Shown here one piece after another: positions 24,455 to 37,621 of a stretch of 64,000 nt of DNA. The DNA comes from Lingula anatina (taxonomy: Eukaryota > Animalia > Brachiopoda), in assembly GCA_051362555.1 (NCBI GenBank), contig CM120648.1, positions 16,922,587 to 16,986,586 of the forward strand, in the 5' to 3' direction. The position numbers and the translations under genes are program-made. The notes beneath the pieces were generated by a model. It had not been told where the DNA came from and searched no databases. It was given only the letters and a program-made list of their open reading frames with translations. The number at the start of each line of letters is the position of its first letter. The stretch's first letter is position 1.

Positions 24455-24611
24455 GCCCTACACCAGTGGTCCACCGGCGGCTCTAAACGGCAACCAACCA
24501 CCAGCTAACCACCAGCAGTAGGCCCTACACCAGTGGTCCACCAGTGGCTGTTTGCTGTTTATAGCCGCAGGTGACCCACTGGTGGCATGTTATCTGGCAG
24601 GCGGGTTACTT

Positions 24612-24825
24612 GTCGATACGTCCCCGCACCGATACTCCCCCGCACCGGTACATCCCCACAATTACAGATATAGGCCTACTGCAGGGAAGTATCGGTGCGG
24701 GGGAGTATCGGTTCGGGGGTGTACCGCTGCGGGGATCTATCGGTGTGGGGTTGCATCGATGCGCATTAGGCCTATACAAAAAATTACTAAGGGGGATTAT
24801 CGGTGCGGGGGGTATCTACATGACC
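24612..24825. repeat. GC-rich foldback array (CCCCGCACCGATAC / GTATCGGTGCGGGG)
   Basis: A short motif repeated in both orientations; likely the subterminal repeats of a DNA transposon. Confidence 0.55.
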
Positions 24826-25352
24826 GCTGGAGGCTGACCTGGGGTGCATTTGACCACGTGAGGGTGTTAGATGAGTTGAGAGGAGATTACGTTCGTGCTT
24901 GTTTTGTGCTTGTTTGTTTTGTTCTTCAAGTCCGACCTGAGTCCGATGTCCATTTTTTTTTCACCACAGCCAGGTCAAGTTCACCAAAAATTCCAGCAAA
25001 ATTTCGGCCCGCCTCTTTCTCTCTTATCTTATAGGTGGAAATATGGGGATATTGTAGTGGGCTATTTAACAGATACATGTACGTCGAGGAGACACACTTT
25101 TTACAAATTTTTGTAAAAGCAAAAAAGAAAAGTATCAAAAATATCAATGTGACAGATGTCCTGACCTGTAGTGTCCTTTTCTCCCAAATGTAATGTATAC
25201 CACACGGCTGGAGAGTTTATTTTTGAAAGCGGAGGTAGGAGTTATAAGGCAAAATACACACACGTTTTCTCTTTCTCTCTCTCTCTCTCTGATCATTCAA
25301 TAGCTTTTGGGCTTTAGTTCCTTAACTCATTTTTTTCATTTCTATATGAGAT

Positions 25353-26751
25353 TAGACCTCGACCCCGCATTATGGAACGACCCCGGATTATGGAACAAAA
25401 CCGGAAGTTTGCCCTTTTTACCCAGCATGCGGAGCGTAAAAAATCCCCGTTGCCACGAAAGTTTCAAGCGTCTGCTACAATGTATCAAACGCGCTATGCA
25501 GACGCATGTTACGACCTGATACAATAGAAGTGTTAGCGTTTGAAAGTTCGTTGTTCTCAAATTTGATAAAATTAATAATGAACTTACGTTTATTCAAGCA
25601 AGTTTTAAAGCCGTTTATCGTCCGCTTTCGTCTGCACGTGTTACTGTCAGTTTCCGATCTCGATTTCTAACTTTTTCATACTGGTTACGGGTAGGCCTAC
25701 ATCGATCGCTGTGGACGTAAACACGGCCGTCTTTTACTGCTATAAGTATTGTAGCCTAACTTGTCTCATCCCTTAGCCTATTGTTTGTATTTCTTGTTCT
25801 CGGCTTAATGAAATTATTTCAAAACATCCACTTTCAAGAGGTTGAAGTAGGTTATTCCAAGATCTCATAAAAATGCCTTTGATGTTGGGCATAGCTGTGG
25901 GTGCTTTCTGCTCACTGTAAACTGCCGCTAGAGAACGCTACGAGCGCTATTAGACTCAAGCGACTTGTGAAATAAATAAATTTGTTCTCACAAAATAACA
26001 CTTAATGTTGACTTTTGTATTGACATTATGAGAGAAAAAATCGTTACTGACCTTTTTCATGCTCGATAAATTTCAGCATGTCAAAGAGGAAATTATAGGC
26101 CCACTCTTATTCAATATCAGAGGCGGCACGTAGGCCTATAGGGCCTATTTGAGGTGCCAAAGAGGATCATTTTAAATCATATTTCAGGTAGGCCTACACA
26201 AATAACACATGATTGATCTTTGTTGTGATGAAAAAAAATATATTAGACTTATGAATCATTTAGGGCCTACTAGGTTTGCGCCTTTTCTGGGAGTTTTATC
26301 TTTAAAACTTCTTATTTCAACTATCTCTATCCAGTATCTTCTTCTTCTATTTTTCTTAAATATAGGCCTACCACAAGTGCTCTCAAGGGAGGTGGTCATG
26401 GGAAGTTGGCCCTCAGTCACTCTGATGAGGCAGCTCTAGTCCACTACTGCCTTATTATGAGTGACTGGGGGTTTCCCCTCACCAAAGACTTGGAGTCTGC
26501 AAGTTTGCTCTGGCGGTGGGAAAACAAAGGGATAGGCCTATGGGCTTTTCAGCGTCGAACGGCTGGTGGGGTCGGTTCATGAATCGACATCCCGAGTTGT
26601 CCCTTAGAAAACCGGGAAGGATAAATAGGTGCAATATAGTGAAATAAAAAACATGCTAAATAAATGAAAAATAATGAGAAAATGAATTTTGTCTTCAAAT
26701 AAAGATTTGTTCGGATATCGGATAATAAGAAAGCATTATTTAAAGACTTGA

Positions 26752-26783
<32 letters not shown>

Positions 26784-28468
26784 AAAGAAGAGCTGTAGAA
26801 AAAATGAGAAAAGCCGAAGATGGCGCTAAGCGAAGAATATAGAAAGAGGAGAAGAGAAGAGCGGGCGTGGAAAGGAAGAGGAAGAAGGCTGAGGTACGAG
26901 AGCGAAAGGCACAGAGGGCATTGGAGGTGAAACGTACGTAGAAAAGAGAAGAAGGAAGAAGAGAGAAAAAAGAATTTTTACGTTGCGTTGTTTGTAAAGC
27001 CTAGCTAGGTCCGAACCGAACGTACAGGCTGCTACGTGTGGTCTACGGCCAAAAAAATGGGAAAAACTTGGGAGTTCGTGCGTGAGGAGCACATCCATCG
27101 TGCGACTTTTGGAAGACGCAAACAGCACGTAGTAACTTTTCGACATGATCAACAGCCGCTACGTGCGATCTAGCTACGTCCTAGCCGGACGCAAGGAACT
27201 AAAAAACCGTGCGTCCAAAACGTATTTGGGACCTAGGCTTAACGCGCAAGAACATTTCACTTGCGCTTAAACCACTACAATTTTGGACGTTTTCCTGTGT
27301 TATATCTGCTGGAATTTATCTCAGTAAAGGAGAAACATTGGTTGAGTTATTTTGTTTTATATATTTTTTAAATATTTATATTGTTTTTTTTTTCTTATTT
27401 ATACCGCAAAAGTACATGATCCTACAAGTGATATGTTCTTGTGCGTTACAAACAACGCAACGTAAAAATAAACATACATGTACATACGTACATAACACAA
27501 ACGCACATTATTATTCCATATGGTGAACAGAGTTGCGAGACAGTATAGTAGCCTAATAGAATAAATTGCAGTGATTTCGTTTTATGGAGTTAAATGTTTA
27601 ATGCATTTTATAAAGGTCAGCGATGTTAAAAAACTGAATACATTCATCTCTTTGTTAGGTCACAGCACTAGTCTGTTACATGAGTTCTCCGTCTTTTTTT
27701 TATCTATTTATTTTTATTGTATTTGTCACACTTTCGATAAATTCTTTGTTGGTGGTGTGTGAGCTGTTAATTGCTAGTTTTGTTATCATGAATTAAAGAT
27801 TTTATTTTGAATCATTACTGGTATTGTTACATGTAGCCTACCTGAAGGCTGCCCAAATGAATGATCGATGGTTTTTAAAATGAGAAATATCAATATTATT
27901 CTTTCATAATAATGAATACAGTATTTTCAATTTGGCATTTTAAATGACCAGACTACTTAATGTCGCTTCGATACTCCGACGTAGCAGCAACTTCTCGTTT
28001 TGTTCCATAATCCGATCAAGGCAGTGGTAAATGAGTGGACTATTCCATTTTTTAGCAATATTTGTGTTTAAAAGTAAAAGACCAACTAAATATGAATAAC
28101 AACTGCTGTTATGTTCATTGATATTCGCAATATAAAGCGCATTTGCCGTTTTATTGTCTTTTATAGACCCCCTGCGCTACATATTGCCTTGCATCTTATC
28201 TAACAAACTCTGACGCAACGTTATCTGCGCACTTCCGGTTTTGTTCCATAATCCGGGGTTTGAGAACAACATGAAGTTAACCATTATATTAGCGTTTTTC
28301 TCCAATAGTAACCCCAATCATATGGATTAAGCTTTACAAGATAGTAAATAAAGCTCTATCGTAGCTACATGCAAAGTATTAGAGGTTAGTTTACGTTCAT
28401 TTTTATACACAGACTGTGCAAAGCCGAAAAACGTCAAATATCGTTCCATAATCCGGGGTCGAGGTCTA
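25353..28468. mobile_element. 3.1-kb non-autonomous TIR element with TAG..CTA termini (Academ-like, or TA-TSD type) and nested MITEs
   Basis: TIRs TAGACCTCGACCCC..ATTATGGAACGA / TCGTTCCATAATCCGGGGTCGAGGTCTA. Subterminal TTATGGAACAAAACCGGAAGT is inverted at 28231-28258. No transposase ORF. Confidence 0.75.
26998..27239. mobile_element. PIF/Harbinger (Tourist)-type MITE, 242 bp
   Basis: TAA TSD (26995-26997 and 27240-27242) and AGCCTAG..GTCC / GGACCTAGGCT ends. It splits one arm of an inverted repeat whose intact partner is at 27425-27469. Confidence 0.7.
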
Positions 28469-29090
28469 TATGATTTAAAAAAGAAAAGAAAAGTCGGGAT
28501 ATATTTAACAGATAGGTCTAGGAGACAGTATTTTTACAAATCTTTGTAAGAATGAAAAAAGACAGTATCAAAATATTAACGCAAAAGATGTCTTGGCCTG
28601 CTGTGCCGCTTTCTCCTAAATGTAGCTGATTCCAGATGGGTGAAGAGATCATTATTTCCACTTGTTACTGTAGATTACGTATATAACGTAATTAAGAAAC
28701 ATATAATTACATTTATGCTTGTAAGCCTGATATCACATAAGTGTGATAATAGGTCTAGATTTATATTACATGCATGTATAACACAAGTAGTTTAGAGGGC
28801 CTACAAAATGTACTGAAACAATTTAGTGATCAATAAATTATTATCATTATTATTATTATCATTAGGCCTATATAGAAAGCGAAGGCAGGAGTTGACAGGG
28901 ATTCATGCCCCCCTTCCCCGCGGATCCAGGATTCATTGAAACTGTGCAGGTTAAAAGAAAAAATAGAAATATATCGCATAATCCATAAAAAATACAATTG
29001 TAAACCCTGACGAAGGTGTTTTTTTCATCTTTGCACCGAAAACCACAATGTCCTCTAAAAACTACTCTCTGCGCCATCTATTAACAACTG

Positions 29091-29660
29091 GGGCCGTATT
29101 CTCGAAAGGTTGTAACTTACAAATTCTTGTAACTTTTCACGTAAGTCCGATCGTTCTTGTCAGTTGGTATTCTCGAAGTTTTGTAAGTTACAAACTCTTG
29201 TAAATATGCACGTAAATTTACAACTGCCTCCGACTTGTTGTAAGTCGCTACGAAAAGATGTATGCATGCATGCGTATTCGGGGTGAGAATGTAGTCTGCG
29301 GGATTTTTATGCTCGTGTTAATTGTTGGATATTTTTGACAGCAAGTAAAATGATTAAACCATGGATGTATTGTTATCAGCGAGAAGGGTAAGCCTTTCGG
29401 ATATTTCATGTTAGTTGCCTAAAGTTAACGATTTAGATGAGAATAATTCGTTTAGATCGCGTTTCGTCGATCGCGCAATGGCAACATTGCAGTTTGGTAG
29501 GGTGACGAATTTTTAAATTAAAACGAAAACTTGTATTTTTTAAAGAACGCGAAAGAACTATTCCTTACGAAAGGGGGTGGGCATGAAAAAAGCAAGAACA
29601 TATTTGGGTTAAACAATAGTGGCGAAGTGACTTTTGAAAAAAAAAACTCTTCTTGCTTTT
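29091..29660 (+). mobile_element. Possible left end of a Harbinger-like element with a Myb/SANT-like remnant
   Basis: GGGCCGTATTCTCGAA terminus with repeated TTGTAAGTTACAA motifs, and a degenerate peptide KELFL..EKSKNIFGLNNSGEVTFEKK. No matching right end found. Confidence 0.35.
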
Positions 29661-30339
29661 GTAATCTTTATGTGTGCAGTAGGCCTATGACATATGCATG
29701 CCTCCATGCCGGATTAGCTATTGACTCCATTCAAGTTTGATCTGTGGCGTAGCTGGTAAAGGATAGAGAACTATGACCATCCCCGCCTGAACATCATTTT
29801 AAAGACTTTAAAAGTGAAGAGAAAGGAATAAACTTGTGAAACTACATGTATAATACCGATGTCATCAGGCACCATTCCAAAGAATCTAAATCAATCTAAA
29901 TAGTAAACTTTAATATTCTAAAGCAAAATTTGAAAAGAAAGGAATACTTTAAGATAATGACCAGTAATAATTTTGTTGTCAAATCGATCACTTATTCTAA
30001 ACCATCGGCTTTTTTCTCGTGACTTCTCGATTGCAGGGCCAGGTCGTTGCTGTAACGGACTGTTTTTTCCTGCACCCGTGCACGCCAACGACAGCACTGT
30101 GCCTGACCCACCCGCCCACCTAATATACGTTTTACTTCTAAATGCAATTTTCAGAAAAAAAATCTATAAAAAATACTGCATAAAAACCGGCGAACAGAGT
30201 TCAGTAAGTGGCGAAAGAGACACAGCCATGTCTTTTTCGGCTCTCAAAGCTCTGTAGTAAAAGATGAACTCGGCATAGGCCTTGTCGTTTTCGCATGTAA
30301 AGGGGCGTCTAAAAGACGCACGCGTAGGCTGCTATGGGA

Positions 30340-30513
30340 CATGGGGATTCTCACTCAATTGCAATTAACTTATATAATTAAGTGGCTTAAATGTCTGTCA
30401 CGCCTACTGAAGCTGATAGGGGGTAATTAACTATCGTTTAGCAGCAATTTAGCGAGAAACCCCGTGGAAATGGATCGATCCTGTAAGATCAGTCTAGGTA
30501 TGGGAACCCAGTC
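30340..30513. mobile_element. Partial copy of a ~270-bp palindromic MITE family (AGACTGGGTTCCCAT TIR)
   Basis: Ends CTAGGTATGGGAACCCAGTCT. Core GGGGGTAATTAAC is shared with the copies at 43610, 48170, 57300 and 57610. Confidence 0.65.
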
Positions 30514-30670
30514 TTATATGTACTGACCTGGCCAAAGCAGGGATGCTAATGCAGACCTTATGTACTGGTATTACACTTAATGCTGTCAGCAGTGTGTGCA
30601 GTGGGGGCATTAAAAGGTCAGTGGGGTTTGCAGAGGTCGTCGCGTCGCAGGAATAAAAAAAAAATTCAAT

Positions 30671-33600
30671 ATGGGTTCCAAGACAAAAACCCTGGTTGCT
30701 GTGCTCCTCACTGTGACTGCCGTCTACATCGCCAGCCTCTACGTGGATGATTTCGATCCCGGTGAGCATGAAGGGTGTTTGTCGGTCCTTATCTACGTCT
30801 GATGTACATGTTCATATAGTCTACTGTAATCTACCATGTGGACACGGGACTGATACTTGTGATCAGTATGTGAGTAGACAATTAAAGACTTAAGGCAGAC
30901 CAACTTAGTTTGGTGAGGCTGAAAATACGCCAGTCGATCATATTTTTGTGTACCACTCTCAGTGAAAACAGTACAGCAATTAAAGTGTGCACAACTGCAA
31001 AATGTCTCTAGAATTGCAACAAACGATTGGTTAAATATTATAAAAACATTGTTGTTTTTTTCATACACCGAGTTTACGGAAAACAAACTCGGCGGGCTGG
31101 ACATACTGATTTTGAACCATGCTATATCGCCTAACGTCCAGCCGTGGCTGGGGACAGAGGATAACTTCACGAGACTGACCACCAGTATGGACGTTAACTT
31201 CCGGTCATTTGTTCATCTGGCGTCCCATGCACTACCTCTGTTGACTAATAGTCGTGGTCACCTTTCTGTGGTCTCCTCTACTGCGGGTGGGTATGTCGTC
31301 TGCCTGTCAATCACTTGAAATAAAACGTCTCAAATAACAAGAAGATGAAAAAAAATTACCGTTTGTTCAGTCTCGAACAACATTCTTGCAGAAGACCTTT
31401 TCAGACAGGTTGAGTGTTTTGATTTAATTTGAATTCATTTGAAATAATCACGACCTAGCTCTTCTTAGTTTTATGGTATTTACAACATTGGTCAAAAGGT
31501 TTCATGTGCTAGCGCTAGCGCGTGGTGTCATTTCAATTTAATGGACATGCTTTTCTTTACCTCTGTGAAAATCACAGTGAAACGTCGGATTTGAGGGGGT
31601 ACACGTAATAAATGTGAATAAATGGTATTAAATGTTGGTATCTTCACCGCTAGTTTGTATTTTCTTTACCACTAATTAAGTTAGCTATGGTATCTGGAAT
31701 GAAAAACACAATTTATAGCAATTAACTCCTGTGATGTGATCATTTATAAATAAAAGCACATGAAACCGGGGGTGGGACAACCTTTTTTACCACTGTTGTA
31801 TTTCTTCCAGACCAGTGTGCGTATTTCATAGCAGTAAACATCATAAGACTTGAACTGTTTCCTCTGGATGACTGTATATATAATAATAATAAGTAATAAG
31901 TCACTACAGCGTATGTACTAATTCACACCACGCTGTTATTTCAGGAGTTACCGCCACTCCATATACAGCCGTGTACACCGTCACCAAGTACTAATGACTG
32001 AAGATGTCACTACAGCGTATGTACTAATATATTCACACCACGCTGTTATTTCAGGAGTTACCGCCACTCCATATACAGCCGTGTACACCGCCACTAAGTA
32101 CGCTCTCCAGGGGTTCTTTGGCGTCCTCAGGCAGGAACTGGCTCTCTATAACTCTGGGATGTCTGTTACCTTGTGTATGGTATGCGCTACACGTAAGTAC
32201 AGGAACTGACTCTCTATAACTCTGGGATGTCTGTTACCTTGTGTATGGTATGCGCTACACGTAAGTACAGGAACTGACTCTCTATAACTCTGGGATGTCT
32301 GTTACCTTGTGTATGGTATGCGCTACACGTAAGTACAGGAACTGGCTCTCTATAACTCTGGTGTGTCTGTTACCTTGTGTATGGTAGGCGCTACACGTAA
32401 GTACAGGAACTGACTCTCTATAACTCTGGGATGTCTGTTACCTTGTGTATGGTATGCGCTACACGTAAGTACAGGAACTGACTCTCTATAACTCTGGAGT
32501 GTCTGTTACCTTGTGTATGGTAGGAGCTACACGTAAGTACAGGAACTGACTCTCTATAACTCTGGGGTGTCTGTCACCTTGTGTATGGTAGGAGCTACAC
32601 GTAAGTACAGGAACTGGCTCTCTATAACTCTGGTGTGTCTGTTACCTTGTGTATGGTAGGAGCTACACGTAAGTACAGGAACTGGCTCTCTATAACTCTG
32701 GGATGTCTGTTACCTTGTGTATGGTATGCGCTACACGTAAGTACAGGAACTGACTCTCTATAACTCTGGTGTGTCTGTTACCTTGTGTATGGTAGGAGCT
32801 ACACGTAAGTACAGGAACTGACTCTCTATAACTCTGGGGTGTCTGTCACCTTGTGTATGGTAGGCGCTACACGTAAGTACAGGAACTGGCTCTCTATAAC
32901 TCTGGGGTGTCTGTTACCTTGTGTATGGTATGCGCTACACGTAAGTACAGGAACTGGCTCTCTGTAACTCTGGGGTGTCTGTCATCTTGTGTATGGTAGG
33001 AGCTACACGTAAGTACAGGAACTGGCTCTCTATAACTCTGGGGTGTCTGTTACCTTGTGTATGGTAGGAGCTACACGTAAGTACAGGAACTGGCTCTCTA
33101 TAACTCTGGGGTGTCTGTTACCTTGTGTATGGTATGCGCTACACGTAAGTACAGGAACTGGCTCTCTGTAACTCTGGGGTGTCTGTCATCTTGTGTATGG
33201 TAGGAGCTACACGTAAGTACAGGAACTGGCTCTCTATAACTCTGGGGTGTCTGTCACCTTGTGTATGGTAGGAGCTACACGTAAGTACAGGAACTGGCTC
33301 TCTATAACTCTGGGGTGTCTGTTACCTTGTGTATGGTATGCGCTACACGTAAGTACAGGAACTGGCTCTCTGTAACTCTGGGGTGTCTGTTACCTTGTGT
33401 ATGGTATGCGCTACACGTAAGTACAGGAACTGGCTCTCTGTAACTCTGGGGTGTCTGTTACCTTGTGTATGGTATGCGCTACACGTAAGTACAGGAACTG
33501 GCTCTCTATAACTCTGGGGTGTCTGTTACCTTGTGTATGGTAGGAGCTACACGTAAGTACAGGAACTGGCTCTCTGTAACTCTGGGGTGTCTGTTACCTT

Positions 33601-34830
33601 GTGTATGGTATGAGCTACACGTAAGTACAAGTAAATTTATGTAATTTTTGGTAGTCCAGCGTGATTTGTATGTGTTAATGTTATCGTATTTATTATTGTA
33701 ACTTTCATTTCACACGTACAAAGTGCCTATTTACCAGTGCTTGCGTGTGACCGGAATGCTGGTGGTACCAAAGAATGTTGATAAAAATTATAATAATGAC
33801 ACTAATTTTATTTTATTGCTAAATTTCCAGTTCGTTTTGAAGTCGTACAAAACATGCAGATAGCATTACAATATTATACACGTAATAATAAAATACTTCA
33901 TGTTTGCTGTTGGAGCTTTGAAACTACTGAACATAGAACAAAATAAGTTGCGTTCCACGATTTAAAGGTGCATATGGAATAAAGGAGTAAATAAATAATT
34001 CAGTCTTAAATTCTGGCACATTTTGCCATAAAAGCTAACCAAAATGCCAGCATATAGTTTTTAGTAGTATAACTAAGATGATAACCAAAAGACACTTTTT
34101 AATTTTACCCGAAAAATCATATCTGAATGGATTTGCTGATGTATATCAATGTGGCAGAAAACTAGGTCAGGGAAGTAGATAAAGTTTTTGACCAAAAATT
34201 TAAAGAAAGGAGCAGTCTAAAGCTCTTTTTTTGGCAGAACGAGTGATTTATTCAGTTTATCCCGTAACATGTTGATTTTATTTGAGTCGTATAAGAAACT
34301 AGTAGAAGTGGTTTATGTGTTACTGGGAATCCACACTCCACCGATGCTTGGTTCATATGTACCTTTATAATTATATCTATCATGTGAATTTGAGATGAAA
34401 GAGGTTGTATTTCACCTATTCAGTGACATCTTTCAGTACGTAATCCATGGACATAATTATGTCTATGGGTAATCCTCATTTCCAACTTTAATCCATCATT
34501 TTTCAATTTCAAAACAATAAGTAATTAATTACAACTAAATATTTCCTTGGTCTTTCTACCTGCGTTCAGTTAATCCGACCTAAAGTTATCTTTTCAGGGA
34601 CGGAGAGAGCGGTGAAATCATTCGTAGGCATGTTTGGCAGTGACTGGCACAACACCATACAGCCAGTAGAACCAGAACTTGTTGCCCTGGAGATCACCAA
34701 GGCAACTGTTACTAGGCAATATGAAGTATACACTAGCACCGATATACCATCCAAAATTTTCATATCTTTAAGGTTACTGTTTCCAAAATTTGCTGATAAA
34801 ATTATGCTTAAAAGCTTTTCAGTCTTGTAA
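30671..34830 (+). pseudogene. HSD11B1L: Hydroxysteroid 11-beta-dehydrogenase 1-like SDR, lacking the N-terminal Rossmann exons
   Basis: Exons 30671-30761 (signal anchor, YVDDFDP), 31073-31286 (KLGGLDILILNH..MDVNFRSFV..VVSS), 32055-32192 (YTATK catalytic motif, GFF..LRQEL) and 34598-34830 (stop). No TGxxxGxG between exons 1 and 2, and their phases do not match. The family call is firm; pseudogene status is an inference. Confidence 0.7.
32132..33629 (+). repeat. 68-bp minisatellite, 22 copies, made of the SDR exon 3' end plus splice donor
   Basis: Unit CAGGAACTGGCTCTCTATAACTCTGGGGTGTCTGTTACCTTGTGTATGGTAGGAGCTACAC|GTAAGTA. Confidence 0.95.
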
Positions 34831-35840
34831 ATATCACCCTAGCTTATACCTTAGAACTACAAAAGTTTATACGGAATCGTTTTTCAATTGCAAATGAAAA
34901 GTAATGTTTTTAGGATCTTACCAGTAGTAGTCATTTTCATCCAACTTCTTTAAAGCATATATGTACAACTTTGTCTACTGTCAATCAAGACAGACAATAG
35001 CTTGTATTTCAAGAAAAATATATTTATTTTTCAATAATTGCAAAGGTCAACAGTTGTGTCTCAAATCTCAGCAGTACAGAGAAGACAGAAGTGTTGATAA
35101 ACTTCCTGGTATGATTCCATCTAAATCACTGCACTGAAGTCTGTAGTTAATACTGCTGTTAGTTATTATTAAATACACCTTGCATAACACTAATATATAT
35201 GCATATCAGGCTTGGATTAACTTCATTCTGTATAAACAATAACATATGCACATAATTGATGCATAAACAATGTAAATGTTTGATCGACCAATGCTGAAGT
35301 TTGTAAGCATATTATATGAGGCCCACCATGCTGATGAAATTTTTCTGACTGAATAATAAAAAGTACAAAATCCCACAACAACCAAGTGATATTCTGGCCC
35401 AATACTACATGTACATACTGTATGTAAGACTAGAATATCTGAAAAGGAGGACTTCATTTTTTACATATCATGGCTCCAACTTTATACACAAGGCTATCTA
35501 TGACTATGTAGTTTTAACAAATTTTATGCTGCACAACGTTTCTTATACTGTTACATATCCACAAATGATCACACACATACACACACCCTTATACTTTATA
35601 AGATAGAGATAACATATGTTTGTTGGCCACAGCTGTTCAGTAAATCAAAAGTATTAAATTGACATTCTAGAGAAGAGAGAGGAATTCTATTTATGTGGAC
35701 AAACACTGTATACCACAGCGTATAAAAACAGTTCGGTCTATTTTAACAGAACAACCTATTTTAAAACAACTTGGCTCCTTGCACTTGACAGCATAGTGCT
35801 GTTTCTTTTTGTTAAATATAAACAACAGTTAAAACCCAGA

Positions 35841-37621
35841 TAGTCTAGATGACTGGTGCAAAAATTGCTCAAAAGGTGGAAAAAGCATGAAACTTGGCAT
35901 AAATGTTCTTTGGACTATGCTGATCATTTTCAAGGGTAGTGCCAAAAATTTCAAAGCGTTGCTTAGCAACCGGTGCTAAGGAAGTGATTTACCTTAGTAA
36001 CAAGCTAATTGGACCTTTCTTGTTCAGTTTAAATTATTTAAAAAGGCTTTTAATAATGTTTCAAGCCATCAGAACTATCACTATACTATTTTAAGACATT
36101 AAAAACCCAAGTAAACCATTGCAACAGTTGCTATGCAGCATATTACCCTAGCAACAAGTATTAAACATTATTTATTTAATAATATATATTTAATAATATA
36201 TATACAGGTATCTCTGTAGCATTTTACATACCCTCCAGTTCCTTCCCATCCTTCTGTTCTCATTCTTCATATACTCACATGTTTCTTAGTTATTAAGATA
36301 GGTACATAAAAAGTGTATGCTTGCACAAACCCAAATACAAATATCTCTGGAGATCTATCAATGACCACACCTAAATTATCTTTAGCTGGGCAAATGATGC
36401 ACATCCAAACATTTTTTACATGTGGACAATCCCAAAAAAACGAACAGAAACTGAATATTTTCCCTAGCAGTATTGCAAAATTCTCAAATTCATAAGATAA
36501 GCATAAGTATTGAATATTCTATGATTTATTCTGAATTGGAGAAACTTCATTTTCTTGTGATCTGTTTCCTAAATGTTAGTTCCCAATTATCAGTACTTAA
36601 GGTTTTTTTAAAAAATATGTCTGCCATTCACCTACACCTTTATCTAGTGATATTATATGGCTTTGGAGGATTTTTGCGAAAAAATATCTGGATGGTTTGG
36701 TAACTTGTTTAATTGAGTCAATTATTTCTTGGATTGCTATGCTCAATTTCCTTCCATGGGAAGAGATAGCCATTCAGATGGTAAGCTCTTTTGGATGCTG
36801 AATTAGCCCAGAAAGTTGGTGTTAAGGTTAATTTTTTGTCGAGTTCCTCTAGACAAAGGGGATTTCAAATGTCATTTATGATATCATTGGTGTAAAAAAA
36901 GAAAACATTTTTACACCATCTTTTATGGAAAACAGTTTTTCAATTTCTTTCAATTTTTGAGTTTTGACATAATGGTTGTGATAGGATTTCGTCTGGGGTT
37001 AAAATGCAATTTTCCTGAACTTCACTCAAAGAACCATTAATCTTTGCCAAAAGTGATAAGAAGCTGCTTTTAGTATTTTTAATCCACCTTTTGTTACTAC
37101 CAATTCCTGACATTTCGCCGAGAAAAAAGGTTCTCCACTTACTCTTATTTTCTTCATAAAGAAGTCTTTTAAGACATGTAAAGTTTAGTGTGCATGTAAG
37201 TATATTAAAAGTATGAATATCTTGCTCAAAAGTATAGTTCTTAGCTAGTATTATAGATTTGCCTTACTTAATAGACTAACGCAACTTTAAATGCTTGTTG
37301 CTAGGGTAATATACTGCCTAGCAATCATGGCTTAGGTTAATTTGGGTTTTAATTACTTTTCAATAGTCTAGTGATAGTTCTGATGCCCTGTAACATAGTT
37401 ATTAGCATTTCTAAACCATTTAAACTGGACAAGAAAGGTCTAATTAGCTTGTTACTAAGGAAATTCACTTCCATAGCAACGGTTGCTAAGCAACGCTTTG
37501 AAATTTTGGGCACTGCCCTTGAAAATGATCAGTATAGACCAAAGGACATTTGTGCCAAGTTTCATGCTTTTTCCACATTTTGAGCAATTTGGCCAAAATA
37601 TAGCACCAGTCATCCAGACTA
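35841..37621. mobile_element. Academ-like non-autonomous DNA transposon with ~330-bp imperfect TIRs
   Basis: Termini TAGTCTAGATGACTGGTGC / GCACCAGTCATCCAGACTA, 3-bp TSD AGA on both sides, and long inverted arms (35841-36170 versus 37285-37621). Confidence 0.8.

Noticed and set aside
24552-25034. 160-aa ORF with YRCGG repeats
   Set aside because: Translation of a GC-rich foldback motif array, starting at a non-ATG codon.
32132-33629. CRISPR-like appearance of regular arrays (also 45906-46666 and 49607-50307)
   Set aside because: Units are head-to-tail with no unique spacers, there are no cas genes, and the context is eukaryotic introns.
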